Below are positions 19,949 to 32,109 of a stretch of 64,000 nt of DNA, piece after piece (the first letter of the stretch is position 1; each line of letters begins with the position of its first letter). The notes under the pieces were generated by a model. It made no database searches. It worked only from the letters and a program-made list of their open reading frames with translations, and was not told the DNA's origin. The stretch is from Truepera sp. (GTDB lineage Bacteria; Deinococcota; Deinococci; Deinococcales; Trueperaceae), in contig CBDCKW010000009.1 in NCBI GenBank assembly GCA_965218435.1, positions 1,120,001 through 1,184,000 of the forward strand. Direction: 5' to 3'. A program made the translations under genes and the position numbers.

Positions 19949-19961
19949 AACAGCTGCGTAA

Positions 19962-21641
<1,680 letters not shown>

Positions 21642-21672
21642 GTCCTGCTTACCCAGCAAATACCTACCAAAC

Positions 21673-21697
21673 AGGCGGCCTTCGGGCCGTCTTTTTC
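21673..21697 (+). terminator. Rho-independent terminator after groEL
   Basis: AGGCGGCC-TTCG-GGCCGTCT followed by a T run. Confidence 0.85.
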
Positions 21698-21708
21698 GTT
21701 ATGCTTTC

Positions 21709-22569
21709 ATGGTGATTGAAGTGAAGCTCGAGACACCAACCCAACTCGCCGCTTACGAGGGTAGCCAACGGGTCGGCGCGGTCACCTTTACTCACAACAG
21801 GTTTCACTATCACCCCCGCATTTATACAGTGGCTTTTTCTAACTTTGCTACCAGTGTAGATGTTGCGGCGGTTGCGCACAAACTTTATGACTGTCTCGTT
21901 CAGGAATTACAACCGCACAGACCGCTGCTGTTGCGAACAGGTGTAGACGAAGGCGATCCTTTTTACGCTGCGCTTAGGGCGCTGGGATTTCGGGATTACA
22001 GACGAGTTTACAACCCAGTATTAGATGTTGCTGCGTTTGACCTCGAGCGTCTTAAAGAGGCCGAAACCACCTTTGCGGCGCTCGAGTATGAGCTCGTTCG
22101 GCTTTCAGATTTAACTTGGTCTGAGATTGAAACTGAGCTGTACACGCTTCATGTCGAGGTCTATAGGGACACCTCAACCGTCGTTCCTGCCACACCCGAA
22201 CAGTTCAGTCAAAGTGAGTGGCTGGGAGCCACTGTCAAAGCTGACGCAGTGATTCCCGAAGCGTTTTTTATCGCCATAAGAGACGGTGAGTTCGTCGGCT
22301 TCGGTAACTTGTTTCGTGGCGACCCAGGTGAACTCGAGACCGGTACTTTCGGTACCAAACGCCGCTACCGGCATCATCACAAAGAAATTATGCTGGCCAT
22401 CAAAGCGCGTGAAATTGCCTACGCCAAAACGCACGGTTATGAGACCATTCGGGCAGAAATTGACGCTGAAAACCCCTGGATACTGCAAATTTGTGCCGAA
22501 CTGCCCTTCGTGCAGGGCAAAGATCACCTCAGCTTGGTCAGAGTTATGAACTGGACGGTGGCGCTGTAA
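21709..22569 (+). CDS. Tandem GNAT-like acetyltransferase
   Basis: C-terminal FFIAIRDGEFVGF...GTFGTKRRYR...ENPWIL GNAT-like pattern. Confidence 0.6.
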   Translation: MVIEVKLETPTQLAAYEGSQRVGAVTFTHNRFHYHPRIYTVAFSNFATSVDVAAVAHKLYDCLVQELQPHRPLLLRTGVDEGDPFYAALRALGFRDYRRVYNPVLDVAAFDLERLKEAETTFAALEYELVRLSDLTWSEIETELYTLHVEVYRDTSTVVPATPEQFSQSEWLGATVKADAVIPEAFFIAIRDGEFVGFGNLFRGDPGELETGTFGTKRRYRHHHKEIMLAIKAREIAYAKTHGYETIRAEIDAENPWILQICAELPFVQGKDHLSLVRVMNWTVAL

Positions 22570-22596
22570 AAGCCTTTTTACGCTGACTTCCGGCAG

Positions 22597-23049
22597 TTAC
22601 GACACGACTTTACGCGCGACGAGTTCGTCGTCCTCGAGCTCTCCTGTCTCAACGAAACCCAAAGTTTGGTAAAGCTGTCTTGCCACGGTATTTGTAGGCG
22701 AGTACGACAGCGCAAACTTGTTGCTACCGGTTTGTTCACCCAGTACGTTTACCGCTTCAGTGACGGCTGCTTTGCCATATCCCCGCCGTTGCTGCGCCCG
22801 GTCAACAAAGACACCGCCGAGCCAACAGCTTTTACCGTCATCAATCCCCCACATCATAAAACCGACAACCCGCTCGCCCGCGTAAATCGCCAGTGGGTTC
22901 CAAGTTCCGCCGTGGCAGCAAAGTGCCAGATAAAAGCTTGGTTCAGCGACAAAAGTGCGCTGCTCCGGGGTGACCCCTAAGCTCACCACCGCCCGCCAAT
23001 TGGTTTGATCTATAGGGCGTAAGGTAACCGGCAACCGGGCATCAGACAT
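22597..23049 (-). CDS. GNAT N-acetyltransferase (spermidine acetyltransferase-like)
   Basis: QQRRGYGK and PTNTVARQLYQTLGF motifs. Confidence 0.88.
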   Translation of the reverse strand: MSDARLPVTLRPIDQTNWRAVVSLGVTPEQRTFVAEPSFYLALCCHGGTWNPLAIYAGERVVGFMMWGIDDGKSCWLGGVFVDRAQQRRGYGKAAVTEAVNVLGEQTGSNKFALSYSPTNTVARQLYQTLGFVETGELEDDELVARKVVS

Positions 23050-23383
23050 GTCAAAGCTGAGTATAGCAGTAGGTCTCAACTTCAAGTTGAGGGCTTTGCC
23101 GCTGTGCAGAGGGTTTGGACTAAAAGAGTTAGGCTGAGGCTCGAGCAGCTTTATGATGCGGTTCGGCTGACGCTAGTGCGCGGCCTAGCATCCGCTTTAC
23201 CTAAGGCTTGGGTTCATTATGCCGCGGTACTTATGATGATACAGTGATTATGCAGTTGTGGGTGGTCAGCACCCCGTCCAGTGAGGTACTTATCGCTACT
23301 AAACATACTCAGCTTGATCCGGTAACTTCTGGCGTGGTTTTGACCGTGTGCGGCGCTACGGGTTCAGCCTTAGAGCTTTAGCC

Positions 23384-23860
23384 ATGGGCCTTAACCTCGT
23401 CGGTCAAGCTTCTTTGTCAGGGACAGCCACAGCTTCCGAGTCGGCTGACTGTTGTGAAGAACACCGCCGTGAAAAATGTTGCTGTGAAAAGCACCGCGAA
23501 AAAGCTCGAGACCATCTGCAAAAGGTGCTCTCAGGCGTATTGTACGCGCTGGCAGAGGTAGCGTCCGGCGAAGCGGTCGGTGACTTGGAGCGCAGCGTCT
23601 GGCACCTGCAGATGGCGTGCAACTATCTCAAGCTGGCTGCCGGCGAAACCGGCACAGCAGAGGCCGACACCGTAGATACGGCGAGAGAGAGATTAACCGA
23701 GCGATTTTTCTGGCTCCAGGCGTCAATGGTTCGTCACCGCGGCGCTGGGGGTCACGCCCAAGCCTTGTTAGAGGGGCTCGAGGTTATGGCCGCCGTGTCC
23801 TCCTTGCTCCCCGCCGACGCGTCAGCTGCCGAGTCACCCGGCGAGCAAACGTACGATTAA
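23384..23860 (+). CDS. Hypothetical helical protein with Cys/His-rich repeat
   Basis: ORF containing CCEEHRREKCCCEKHREK; start uncertain (23348 or 23384). Confidence 0.5.
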   Translation: MGLNLVGQASLSGTATASESADCCEEHRREKCCCEKHREKARDHLQKVLSGVLYALAEVASGEAVGDLERSVWHLQMACNYLKLAAGETGTAEADTVDTARERLTERFFWLQASMVRHRGAGGHAQALLEGLEVMAAVSSLLPADASAAESPGEQTYD

Positions 23861-23936
23861 GCTCTACTCCCAAAATGCCGCTATAATCTGGCGCTGAGCA
23901 ACTGTCTCACTACCCGCGCGGGGTAGACTCGGAGTC

Positions 23937-24791
23937 ATGACTACGATTGCAGTAACCGGCGGCAGCGGCAAACTAGGTCGCGCCTGTATCAAAGACCTGT
24001 TGGCTCACGGCTACACCGTTGTCAACCTCGACGCAAACGCGCCGCACCCGCAACTCTGCCACTTTACCCAAACCGATTTTGCCGACTTCGGTTCGACGAT
24101 AGACGCGCTGGCCGGGTCGGACGACCGTTACCCGAAAGTAGACGCCGTGGTTCACCTCGCCGCGTACCCGGCTCCGGGTCTCGTGTCCAACGCCGCACTC
24201 TTTGCCAACAACACTTTAAGCACCTACAATGTCTTCGCCGCGTCGCGCATTTTAGGCATTACCAATGTCGTATGGGCTTCTTCGGAGACCCTTTTGGGCA
24301 TTCCCTTTAACGACCCGCCCCCCTACATTCCTTTGGATGAAGATTACCCAGTACGCCCCGAATCGTCGTACTCGCTCTCCAAAGAACTCGGTGAGGTGAT
24401 GGCGGAGCAGTTTTGCCGCTGGGAACCCGAGCTGAAGATTATCGGTTTACGCTTTTCCAACGTGATGGACCCGGAAGACTACGCCGAATTTCCGAGCTTC
24501 GACGCCGACGCGATGACGCGCAAATGGAACCTGTGGGCTTATATTGACGCCCGTGACGGTGCTCAAGCCATCCGTAAAGCGGTTGAACACGAAGGCAAAG
24601 GCGCGGACGTGTTTATCATCGCCAACGCCGACACCGTGATGACCCGGCCCAACGCCGAACTAATCCAAGAAGTGTTTCCAGGTGTGCCGATGAAACGCGA
24701 GGTTGAGCCGAATGAAACGCTTTTGTCTATTGACAAGGCGCGCCGGGTGCTGGGGTATGAGCCGGAGCATTCGTGGCGGGATGAAGTTTAG
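23937..24791 (+). CDS. NAD-dependent epimerase/dehydratase (extended SDR)
   Basis: TGGSGKLG, VHLAA, and YSLSK (YxxxK). Confidence 0.9.
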   Translation: MTTIAVTGGSGKLGRACIKDLLAHGYTVVNLDANAPHPQLCHFTQTDFADFGSTIDALAGSDDRYPKVDAVVHLAAYPAPGLVSNAALFANNTLSTYNVFAASRILGITNVVWASSETLLGIPFNDPPPYIPLDEDYPVRPESSYSLSKELGEVMAEQFCRWEPELKIIGLRFSNVMDPEDYAEFPSFDADAMTRKWNLWAYIDARDGAQAIRKAVEHEGKGADVFIIANADTVMTRPNAELIQEVFPGVPMKREVEPNETLLSIDKARRVLGYEPEHSWRDEV

Positions 24792-25525
24792 CGGGGATTG
24801 GTTTCAGGCGAGGGCTCGAGTCTGACAGGTAGGTAGAAGTGTGAAAAGGCAGAGGGTGTGCCGTCGGTCAGGGTAAAAGGCTGCCAAAGAATATGGAGCT
24901 TTAGGTTGGTCTCGAGCGGTGAAACGGGTTTCCCCGAAGTATCTACGATGCGGTAAACTGTTGGGCCACCCGGTTTGCCAAGTGCGCCGACGGCTTTGGA
25001 ACCTGCCACCCACATATATTTCTCAGGGGAAAAGCCGAGGCCCCCGACAAGGGTTGGAGACGCGGCAGAAGCAAGGTAGCGTCGCGCCTTTTGACGAGGT
25101 AATTGAAGTGGTCCACCTACTCTGAAAGTTCCCTTTTTGTTAGTGCTCAGCTCCACATGGAATACATAACCACAAGTACGGTCAAAGATGGAAACGCGGT
25201 AGGCATCCCAGTTGTAAAAGTCATCTTGGGGCGTGAAAACAAAATCAGGTTGTTTCCTCCGCGCTTCTGCAATGCGCCGTTGCAACCGTTGACGATCTTG
25301 TGACATGGGGTGAATGAGGGAGTGAACGAAAACAGGTTTTCCCGGATAAAGTCTCTTGGCTTTGGGAGAACAGCTTTTCTCGAGATAAGCCGGGGGATAA
25401 CCATAAGTGGGTCTTGCCAGCACAGCTCGAGCACTCTCGAGCGCCGACTGTTTAATCTGTGCGGTGTTCTCCTGGGCAAAGGCGCATGTGAGCAACAAAA
25501 AGAGGCTTAGCAGGCAGACTTTCAT
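24788..25525 (-). CDS. Secreted hypothetical protein (paralogue 1)
   Basis: Signal peptide ending AFA; colinear similarity to 25552-26304. Confidence 0.8.
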   Translation of the reverse strand: MKVCLLSLFLLLTCAFAQENTAQIKQSALESARAVLARPTYGYPPAYLEKSCSPKAKRLYPGKPVFVHSLIHPMSQDRQRLQRRIAEARRKQPDFVFTPQDDFYNWDAYRVSIFDRTCGYVFHVELSTNKKGTFRVGGPLQLPRQKARRYLASAASPTLVGGLGFSPEKYMWVAGSKAVGALGKPGGPTVYRIVDTSGKPVSPLETNLKLHILWQPFTLTDGTPSAFSHFYLPVRLEPSPETNPR

Positions 25526-25551
25526 TCAGCTAAATCTAGCACACTGAGGTC

Positions 25552-26304
25552 TTACGGTTTTGAAGGGAGGGGCTCGAGCTTAATAGGAAGCTGAAAATGC
25601 CAATACGCCGAAGGGTCGCCCATCGAAGTTACAAACGACTCACGAAAGATGCGCGTTTTCAATTTTGTCTTTAGCGGTGATACAGGTCTGCCCGAACGGT
25701 TTACAATCCGGTAAACCTTATGCTTGCCAAATGCTTCAACAGCCTTAGTGTCTGATACCCAAAGATAACCGTCATTTTCAGGAGTAAGGGACTCGTAGAA
25801 AGCGATAAATACAGGAAGTTGCTTAGTGCCAAGCAGCCTTTGTGCTGTTTTCGCGCTTATAGGTTTGAACTCTCCCGCTACTGAGGGAGCATATAGCCCG
25901 GTTCTTGACCGGATATGAAAAAGATAACCGCATACGCGGTCATAAATAGGTACTTCATAAAAATCTCGGTTAAGTTTGGCAGCCTCTACTTCACCTTTAG
26001 GGTCACCGATGAAACCGGGTTCTTTCATGGCCCGAGCGACCCGCGTCCGTAGCCGTTCGAGATCACGTCGAGTCGGATGTATAAGGGTGCGTACTAGAAA
26101 AGGACGCCCAACATAAAGCTGGTTTTTACTGAGCGCACAGCGGTTCGCACCTTCATCTTTACCGAAGAACCGCCCGTCAGCGTTAAAGAAAGGGGTTTGA
26201 ATCATGGTTTGAGCCGTTTTAAGCGCCACCTGTTTAATCTGCGCGGTGCTATGGGCAAAGGCGCACGTAAGCATTAGAACGAAGCTCAGCAGGCAAATTT
26301 TCAT
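25552..26304 (-). CDS. Secreted hypothetical protein (paralogue 2)
   Basis: The MKICLLS start aligns with MKVCLLS of paralogue 1; shared LIHP, DRxCGY and GxPVSPL motifs. Confidence 0.8.
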   Translation of the reverse strand: MKICLLSFVLMLTCAFAHSTAQIKQVALKTAQTMIQTPFFNADGRFFGKDEGANRCALSKNQLYVGRPFLVRTLIHPTRRDLERLRTRVARAMKEPGFIGDPKGEVEAAKLNRDFYEVPIYDRVCGYLFHIRSRTGLYAPSVAGEFKPISAKTAQRLLGTKQLPVFIAFYESLTPENDGYLWVSDTKAVEAFGKHKVYRIVNRSGRPVSPLKTKLKTRIFRESFVTSMGDPSAYWHFQLPIKLEPLPSKP

Positions 26305-26330
26305 CGAACTAAAGTTAGCACACTGAGGGC

Positions 26331-26360
26331 TTAAAGTTTTGAAGGAGGGGGCTCGAGCCT
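26331..26360 (-). pseudogene. 3'-end relic of a third paralogue (RLEPPPSKL*)
   Basis: Matches the paralogue C-termini RLEPSP.. and KLEPLPSKP*, and is followed by a similar 26-bp spacer. Confidence 0.7.
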
Positions 26361-26403
26361 GTTGAAGACAGTAGTAAAATAGCCAAGAAGGAGGATGTTC
26401 AAG

Positions 26404-27042
26404 ATGCCACAACGTGAACGCTTAAAAGCTGACCTGAAAAAAGCGATGAAAGCACGCGAAAGCCAAACTGTTACGGTGCTCCGTTCGCTGTTAGCTGCTA
26501 TTGACAATGCAGAAGCTGTAGAACTCGGTACGTCATCTAGTTTCGTTATAGGGCGGGCTAACGATGTACCAAGAAAAGCTTTGAGTGAAGCTCAAATACG
26601 TGAGGTTTTGCGGGGTGAAGTCGAAGAATTGCAGACTGCGGTAGCGGAATATGAACGTTTGGGTAAACTCGAGGAAGCCGAAACCCTTTCTAAAGCTCTG
26701 GATGTGGCTAGTGGGTATGTTTCGGAAACTCCAACCGAAAATTATCTGTACCATAAACTTAGCTTTCAGAGGGGAGAGGAAACCGACGCTTTTGTCAGGG
26801 CGCTACAGCGGTTTCTCGATAGTCCTCGAGGTAGCGTCTATATAAGCGGGCCGCAGAGTACCGAAATTTGGACAACTCGGGAGCTTGCCGACGACCCGCT
26901 TGAGGTCTACCTAAATGACAGTGCGCTTGCAGCTACAGAAGCGGCGTTTGCACCGGCACCTGTTCAAAACACGCAGTACGGCGACAGCTTACCCAATGAC
27001 ATGGTGCTGTGGTTGCGCGGAACTACCTTGAATCTTGGGTAA
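26404..27042 (+). CDS. GatB/YqeY-like domain protein with unknown C-terminal extension
   Basis: RLKADLKKAMKAR...LRSLLAAIDNAEAV; GAAGGAGG RBS. Confidence 0.7.
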   Translation: MPQRERLKADLKKAMKARESQTVTVLRSLLAAIDNAEAVELGTSSSFVIGRANDVPRKALSEAQIREVLRGEVEELQTAVAEYERLGKLEEAETLSKALDVASGYVSETPTENYLYHKLSFQRGEETDAFVRALQRFLDSPRGSVYISGPQSTEIWTTRELADDPLEVYLNDSALAATEAAFAPAPVQNTQYGDSLPNDMVLWLRGTTLNLG

Positions 27043-27092
27043 ACTTTTTATGCTCCGAACTCATTATTCGCCACACTTTGAGACTTCTTACT

Positions 27093-27476
27093 TTACAAAT
27101 ATCTGCCGAGCATGACCATCTTCTCACTCGTGTAAAACCCGCACGCATGGTAGAACGCTTCGGCGGAACGGCCGCCGGTTGTCAGCAAGTATATTTTAGC
27201 TACGCCTTGCTGCTCGAGGTTGGCCTCGAGCCTTTTTAACAACGCTTTCCCGACCCCTTGACCCTGATGTTCAGCCAAAACACACATCTCTGAAAGGTAA
27301 AACTGCATGTTCTGGTCCCGCTGTTCGACGCGTCCTAAAGCGAATCCGACGACGCTACCTTCGGTTTCAGCAACGACGCCCGACGAACGCGGCGTAGCCA
27401 AAAGGTCTTGCAAGTAGGTCCGTGCTTTGCCCGAAGTCCAAGCCTCGCCCCACGGCTCACCGTTAAAAACGCGCAC
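27093..27476 (-). CDS. GNAT (aminoglycoside acetyltransferase-like); start uncertain
   Basis: FNGEPWGEAW, EMCVLAEHQGQGVG and AEAFY motifs; the frame stays open upstream to the end of guaB. Confidence 0.75.
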   Translation of the reverse strand: MRVFNGEPWGEAWTSGKARTYLQDLLATPRSSGVVAETEGSVVGFALGRVEQRDQNMQFYLSEMCVLAEHQGQGVGKALLKRLEANLEQQGVAKIYLLTTGGRSAEAFYHACGFYTSEKMVMLGRYL

Positions 27477-27535
27477 AAAAACCTCGGCACTTTGGGCAAG
27501 GTGACACGTTTCAAAAGGTAGCAGTTTGACGGGAG

Positions 27536-29032
<1,497 letters not shown>

Positions 29033-29110
29033 TTACCCACTTTCTTGACATTTAGCACAGGTAGGACTGAGTTTGGCTGCGCTCTTTGAGGCAGCTCGAG
29101 GTACTCCATC

Positions 29111-29503
29111 CTAAAGGGTTGCCACGTGTGGGTAAAGCGCCTCAAGCCACACCTTCGGCAGTCTCAAGGCGCGTCCGGTTTGATCTACCGGGATGTGCAG
29201 GCTGTCGCCGGTGGCAATTACTTCGTCGCCCCGGGTGACTACATAGTGATAACGGGCGCGGCGGCTTTTGAGTTCGGTCAGGTTAGCGTCAACGAAAAGT
29301 TCATCGTCAAACCGGCTGCTTTTTAGGTACTCTACATTGACCGCGCTTACGGCGAGCGAGATACCCGAGTCCTCGAGCCTCCGGTAGTCAAGCCCTCTGG
29401 CCCGTAACCATTCGACGCGGGCCGCCTCGAACCAGATGATATAGGCGCTGTGATGCGCGACGCCCATCTGATCGGTTTCGGCAAAACGGACGCGTAGGTT
29501 CAT
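29111..29503 (-). CDS. Acyl-CoA thioesterase (YbgC/4HBT family)
   Basis: VRFAETDQMGVAHHSAYIIWFEAAR motif. Confidence 0.92.
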   Translation of the reverse strand: MNLRVRFAETDQMGVAHHSAYIIWFEAARVEWLRARGLDYRRLEDSGISLAVSAVNVEYLKSSRFDDELFVDANLTELKSRRARYHYVVTRGDEVIATGDSLHIPVDQTGRALRLPKVWLEALYPHVATL

Positions 29504-29679
29504 GTTACCGGCTTACCTTACGCAGTTTGTTCTCGGCAGCTAGCTTTGGAGACAAGTGTAAGAAATGGAGCCTACAGGAGAGAGAATCAAACAGGTGTTC
29601 TGTGTTCTGCATTCTGCACTCTGGAGCTTCCCGGCATTTGTGTACTGACAGCTTACGCACAAAGCGAGTTGGTAGCAAG

Positions 29680-29973
29680 CTACAGGACCTCGAGTGGATT
29701 ATCCGTAAAAATCAGCTTCGGCGTCCGGCGCAGGTCCAAATCATTGGCCAACTCACGTTGTAAAAAACCGCTGGCCCGCGCCAGAGCGTCCTGAAAGTCG
29801 GGCATATCAGCTTTGTTTAAGGTACTCACCAGCACTTTGGCCTGCGAATAATCGTTATTAAGTTTGACCCGCTCGACCGTCACGACGAGCGGAATCCGGG
29901 GGTCTTTAAGTTGTGGGATCAGCTCGCCTAAAGCGCGGACGAGGGTGCGTTCGTTGCGTTCACGTGCGTCCAT
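29680..29973 (-). CDS. rbfA: Ribosome-binding factor A
   Basis: LKDPRI...VTVERVKLNNDYSQAKVLVS...LRRTPKLIF. Confidence 0.9.
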   Translation of the reverse strand: MDARERNERTLVRALGELIPQLKDPRIPLVVTVERVKLNNDYSQAKVLVSTLNKADMPDFQDALARASGFLQRELANDLDLRRTPKLIFTDNPLEVL

Positions 29974-30416
29974 CCGAGTAGGATAACGCACGCACGGCGT
30001 CGACTTTGAAAGCTCTGACGGTCGCCGTGTCAATAAAGCGCGGAGACGGGCAAGAACAGAACAAAAGATTCCTGGTAGCCGCCCCTAACTCGAGGCTGGT
30101 GTATAGACAGTAAGTCCGGTGGTTTGGTAAATTCTGCCAGCACTGCTCAGGAAGAAATAAGATTTTCACGAGCAAGAATATTGTGAAATTAGTTACTTAT
30201 TAGTCGCTCGGTCGGCCAGCTCTTGGTTTTGAGCAGCTGCCGGGTACGCAAACATCACTTTGGCGGCGAATCTTTAGAAGCGTTGCCGGTTCAAGCGGTT
30301 TGGCAGCCAGCGTCATAGGCGAGCGTTTAGCAGCACGCTTACGGAGACAAGGTAAACAGCCTGGATGCTCGAGGTCGGCACCTAGGCTGTTACAGGCTGA
30401 ATATGTCTAAGGCCGT

Positions 30417-31430
30417 TTAAGGCGTCGCAGGTAGGACATTACGGACGAGCAGCACCGCGTCGTTAAAATCGTTGAGCCGGTTCGACTCGTCGGTAGCGAG
30501 GACGTAGGTGGTCTCACCGTTTTGTCTGGCTAACGGATAGACCCGGACGTGATGCGAGGTCGTGTCGAAGGTATTGCGTAAGTCTTCGGTATAAACCGTG
30601 CGCGCTTTGAAAAAACGGGTCGTCGGCCAAAACGAATAAAACCCAAAGGGTTCAGCAGTGGGGGAGAAGCTCACGACGCCCGCGGAAGCTGCGCCTGCTG
30701 GAACGATCGCAGGTTCAAGCCGCTGCCCGTTAAGCGTCGGCGAGGTGGGCAGGCTCAGGAGCTTTTGCAGCGTCGGTTGCGCTTCGCCCGCTTCGTAATA
30801 ACCGAATTCAAAAACCGGTTCGACGTCCGGCACCGCGAACGCCGCGAGCACCTGAACGCGCACCGGTTTGGCCGGGTCAGCGCGGACGAAGGTCTGCGCT
30901 CTAACCTCGTCGCCCAAAAGATAATCTGCCGGTTTCTCTACCAGTGGCGAGGTAGCCGGGTCGCGGTCACCGGTTTGCAGCGGAAAGCCGTAGGTGTCAA
31001 AAATCCACTGAAGCGAAGGTTCGGCGGTACCGTTTTGGTCTCTGACACTGAGCCCTCCCAGCACAACGCTGCCGCCGGCAAGCTCTAATGTGGCGTGTTG
31101 CGGGCCGAAGTCACCGGCAACCGGCGTAAAGGTCACGGTGAGGTCTAGGGCCTGCCCCGCGCTAAGCTCGAAGGGCGCACTGTTTGGCAGCGCAAACTGC
31201 GCCGCGTCCTCGCCGGTGATGCCGGGGAAAACCTCGAGCTTGTCCGTCCCCGTATTGGTCATTCGGAGCGTTTGCGAATCGTGCCCGATACTCCCCCCGG
31301 CGGTAAACACGAGCATGTCGCGGCTAAGTTGGGGTGCGTCCGTTCCAGGTTCAACAGTCTCTTTAGTTGCGCTGCACCCCGCCAACGTTAGGCCGAGCAC
31401 CAGCAGCAAATACGGCGTCCTATAGTTCAA
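30417..31430 (-). CDS. Lipoprotein with Ig-like (choice-of-anchor D/ASH-like) domain
   Basis: Lipobox LAGC; LRMTNTG...LTVTFTP Ig-like pattern; C-terminal DFNDAV. Confidence 0.7.
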   Translation of the reverse strand: MNYRTPYLLLVLGLTLAGCSATKETVEPGTDAPQLSRDMLVFTAGGSIGHDSQTLRMTNTGTDKLEVFPGITGEDAAQFALPNSAPFELSAGQALDLTVTFTPVAGDFGPQHATLELAGGSVVLGGLSVRDQNGTAEPSLQWIFDTYGFPLQTGDRDPATSPLVEKPADYLLGDEVRAQTFVRADPAKPVRVQVLAAFAVPDVEPVFEFGYYEAGEAQPTLQKLLSLPTSPTLNGQRLEPAIVPAGAASAGVVSFSPTAEPFGFYSFWPTTRFFKARTVYTEDLRNTFDTTSHHVRVYPLARQNGETTYVLATDESNRLNDFNDAVLLVRNVLPATP

Positions 31431-31886
31431 GTTGATCTACCCCTTCTCAATAACCCTGTTCTCGGTAACCCTGTTCTCAGGGAGCGTGTTCTCGGCAACT
31501 TCGGCATAAAAGCAGACTAGCAGACTGTCCAACTGCGCCGCTGTACTTAACGACAAGTTGTGTGACAGCGCCCTTTTGTACAACTAAATGTTCTGCGTAA
31601 TAAGCCCGCAAAGTATGCTTTATAGCGTGCTGAACAGCAAACATCTGCTTGTGCGGCTCGAGGGGCTAACTGTCTTGTCCTGAACGAAGAAAGTAGCCGT
31701 TTTTCTCACTATTTCGCAGAAGATTTACTTTATAACGCGACAATGCGGTTGCAATTCGTTTCAACCTCGCTTTGCACCGTTTTGTAAAGAACGCCAGCGG
31801 TGAACCGGGCCGTAAGTAGGCTGAAAAAGTCTCAAGCTGCTCTCTTGATTCGCACTTCTGTTAAAAAACCCCTTACAATAACCTCT

Positions 31887-32096
31887 ATGAGGCGTTACGC
31901 GTTACTAAGGCCCACCGAACTGGCGCAACTCGCAGAGCTTAGCGAGCGGCACGAAGAGTTGATGCAGCAGCTCGAGGCCGACACGCAGGGCGCGCTGCTT
32001 GCGCCCCGTGACCTCGAGATCGAGGTGCGGCAGCTCCGTCAAGAGGCGCTCAAGGTCCTCTCGAGCGTTTCCAGAACCATCGAACAACTGCCGTGA
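31887..32096 (+). CDS. Small coiled-coil hypothetical protein
   Basis: TACAAT 7 nt before the ATG; host-like codon usage; adjacent to the next gene. Confidence 0.6.
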   Translation: MRRYALLRPTELAQLAELSERHEELMQQLEADTQGALLAPRDLEIEVRQLRQEALKVLSSVSRTIEQLP

Positions 32097-32109
32097 CCCC
32101 GGCTACCTT

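Noticed and set aside
24788..27476. Integron-like cassette array (short accessory genes, GNATs, repeated spacers)
   Set aside because: No attC-type RYYYAAC/GTTRRRY stem structures, mixed orientations and no IntI. The repeats are explained by paralogue duplication.
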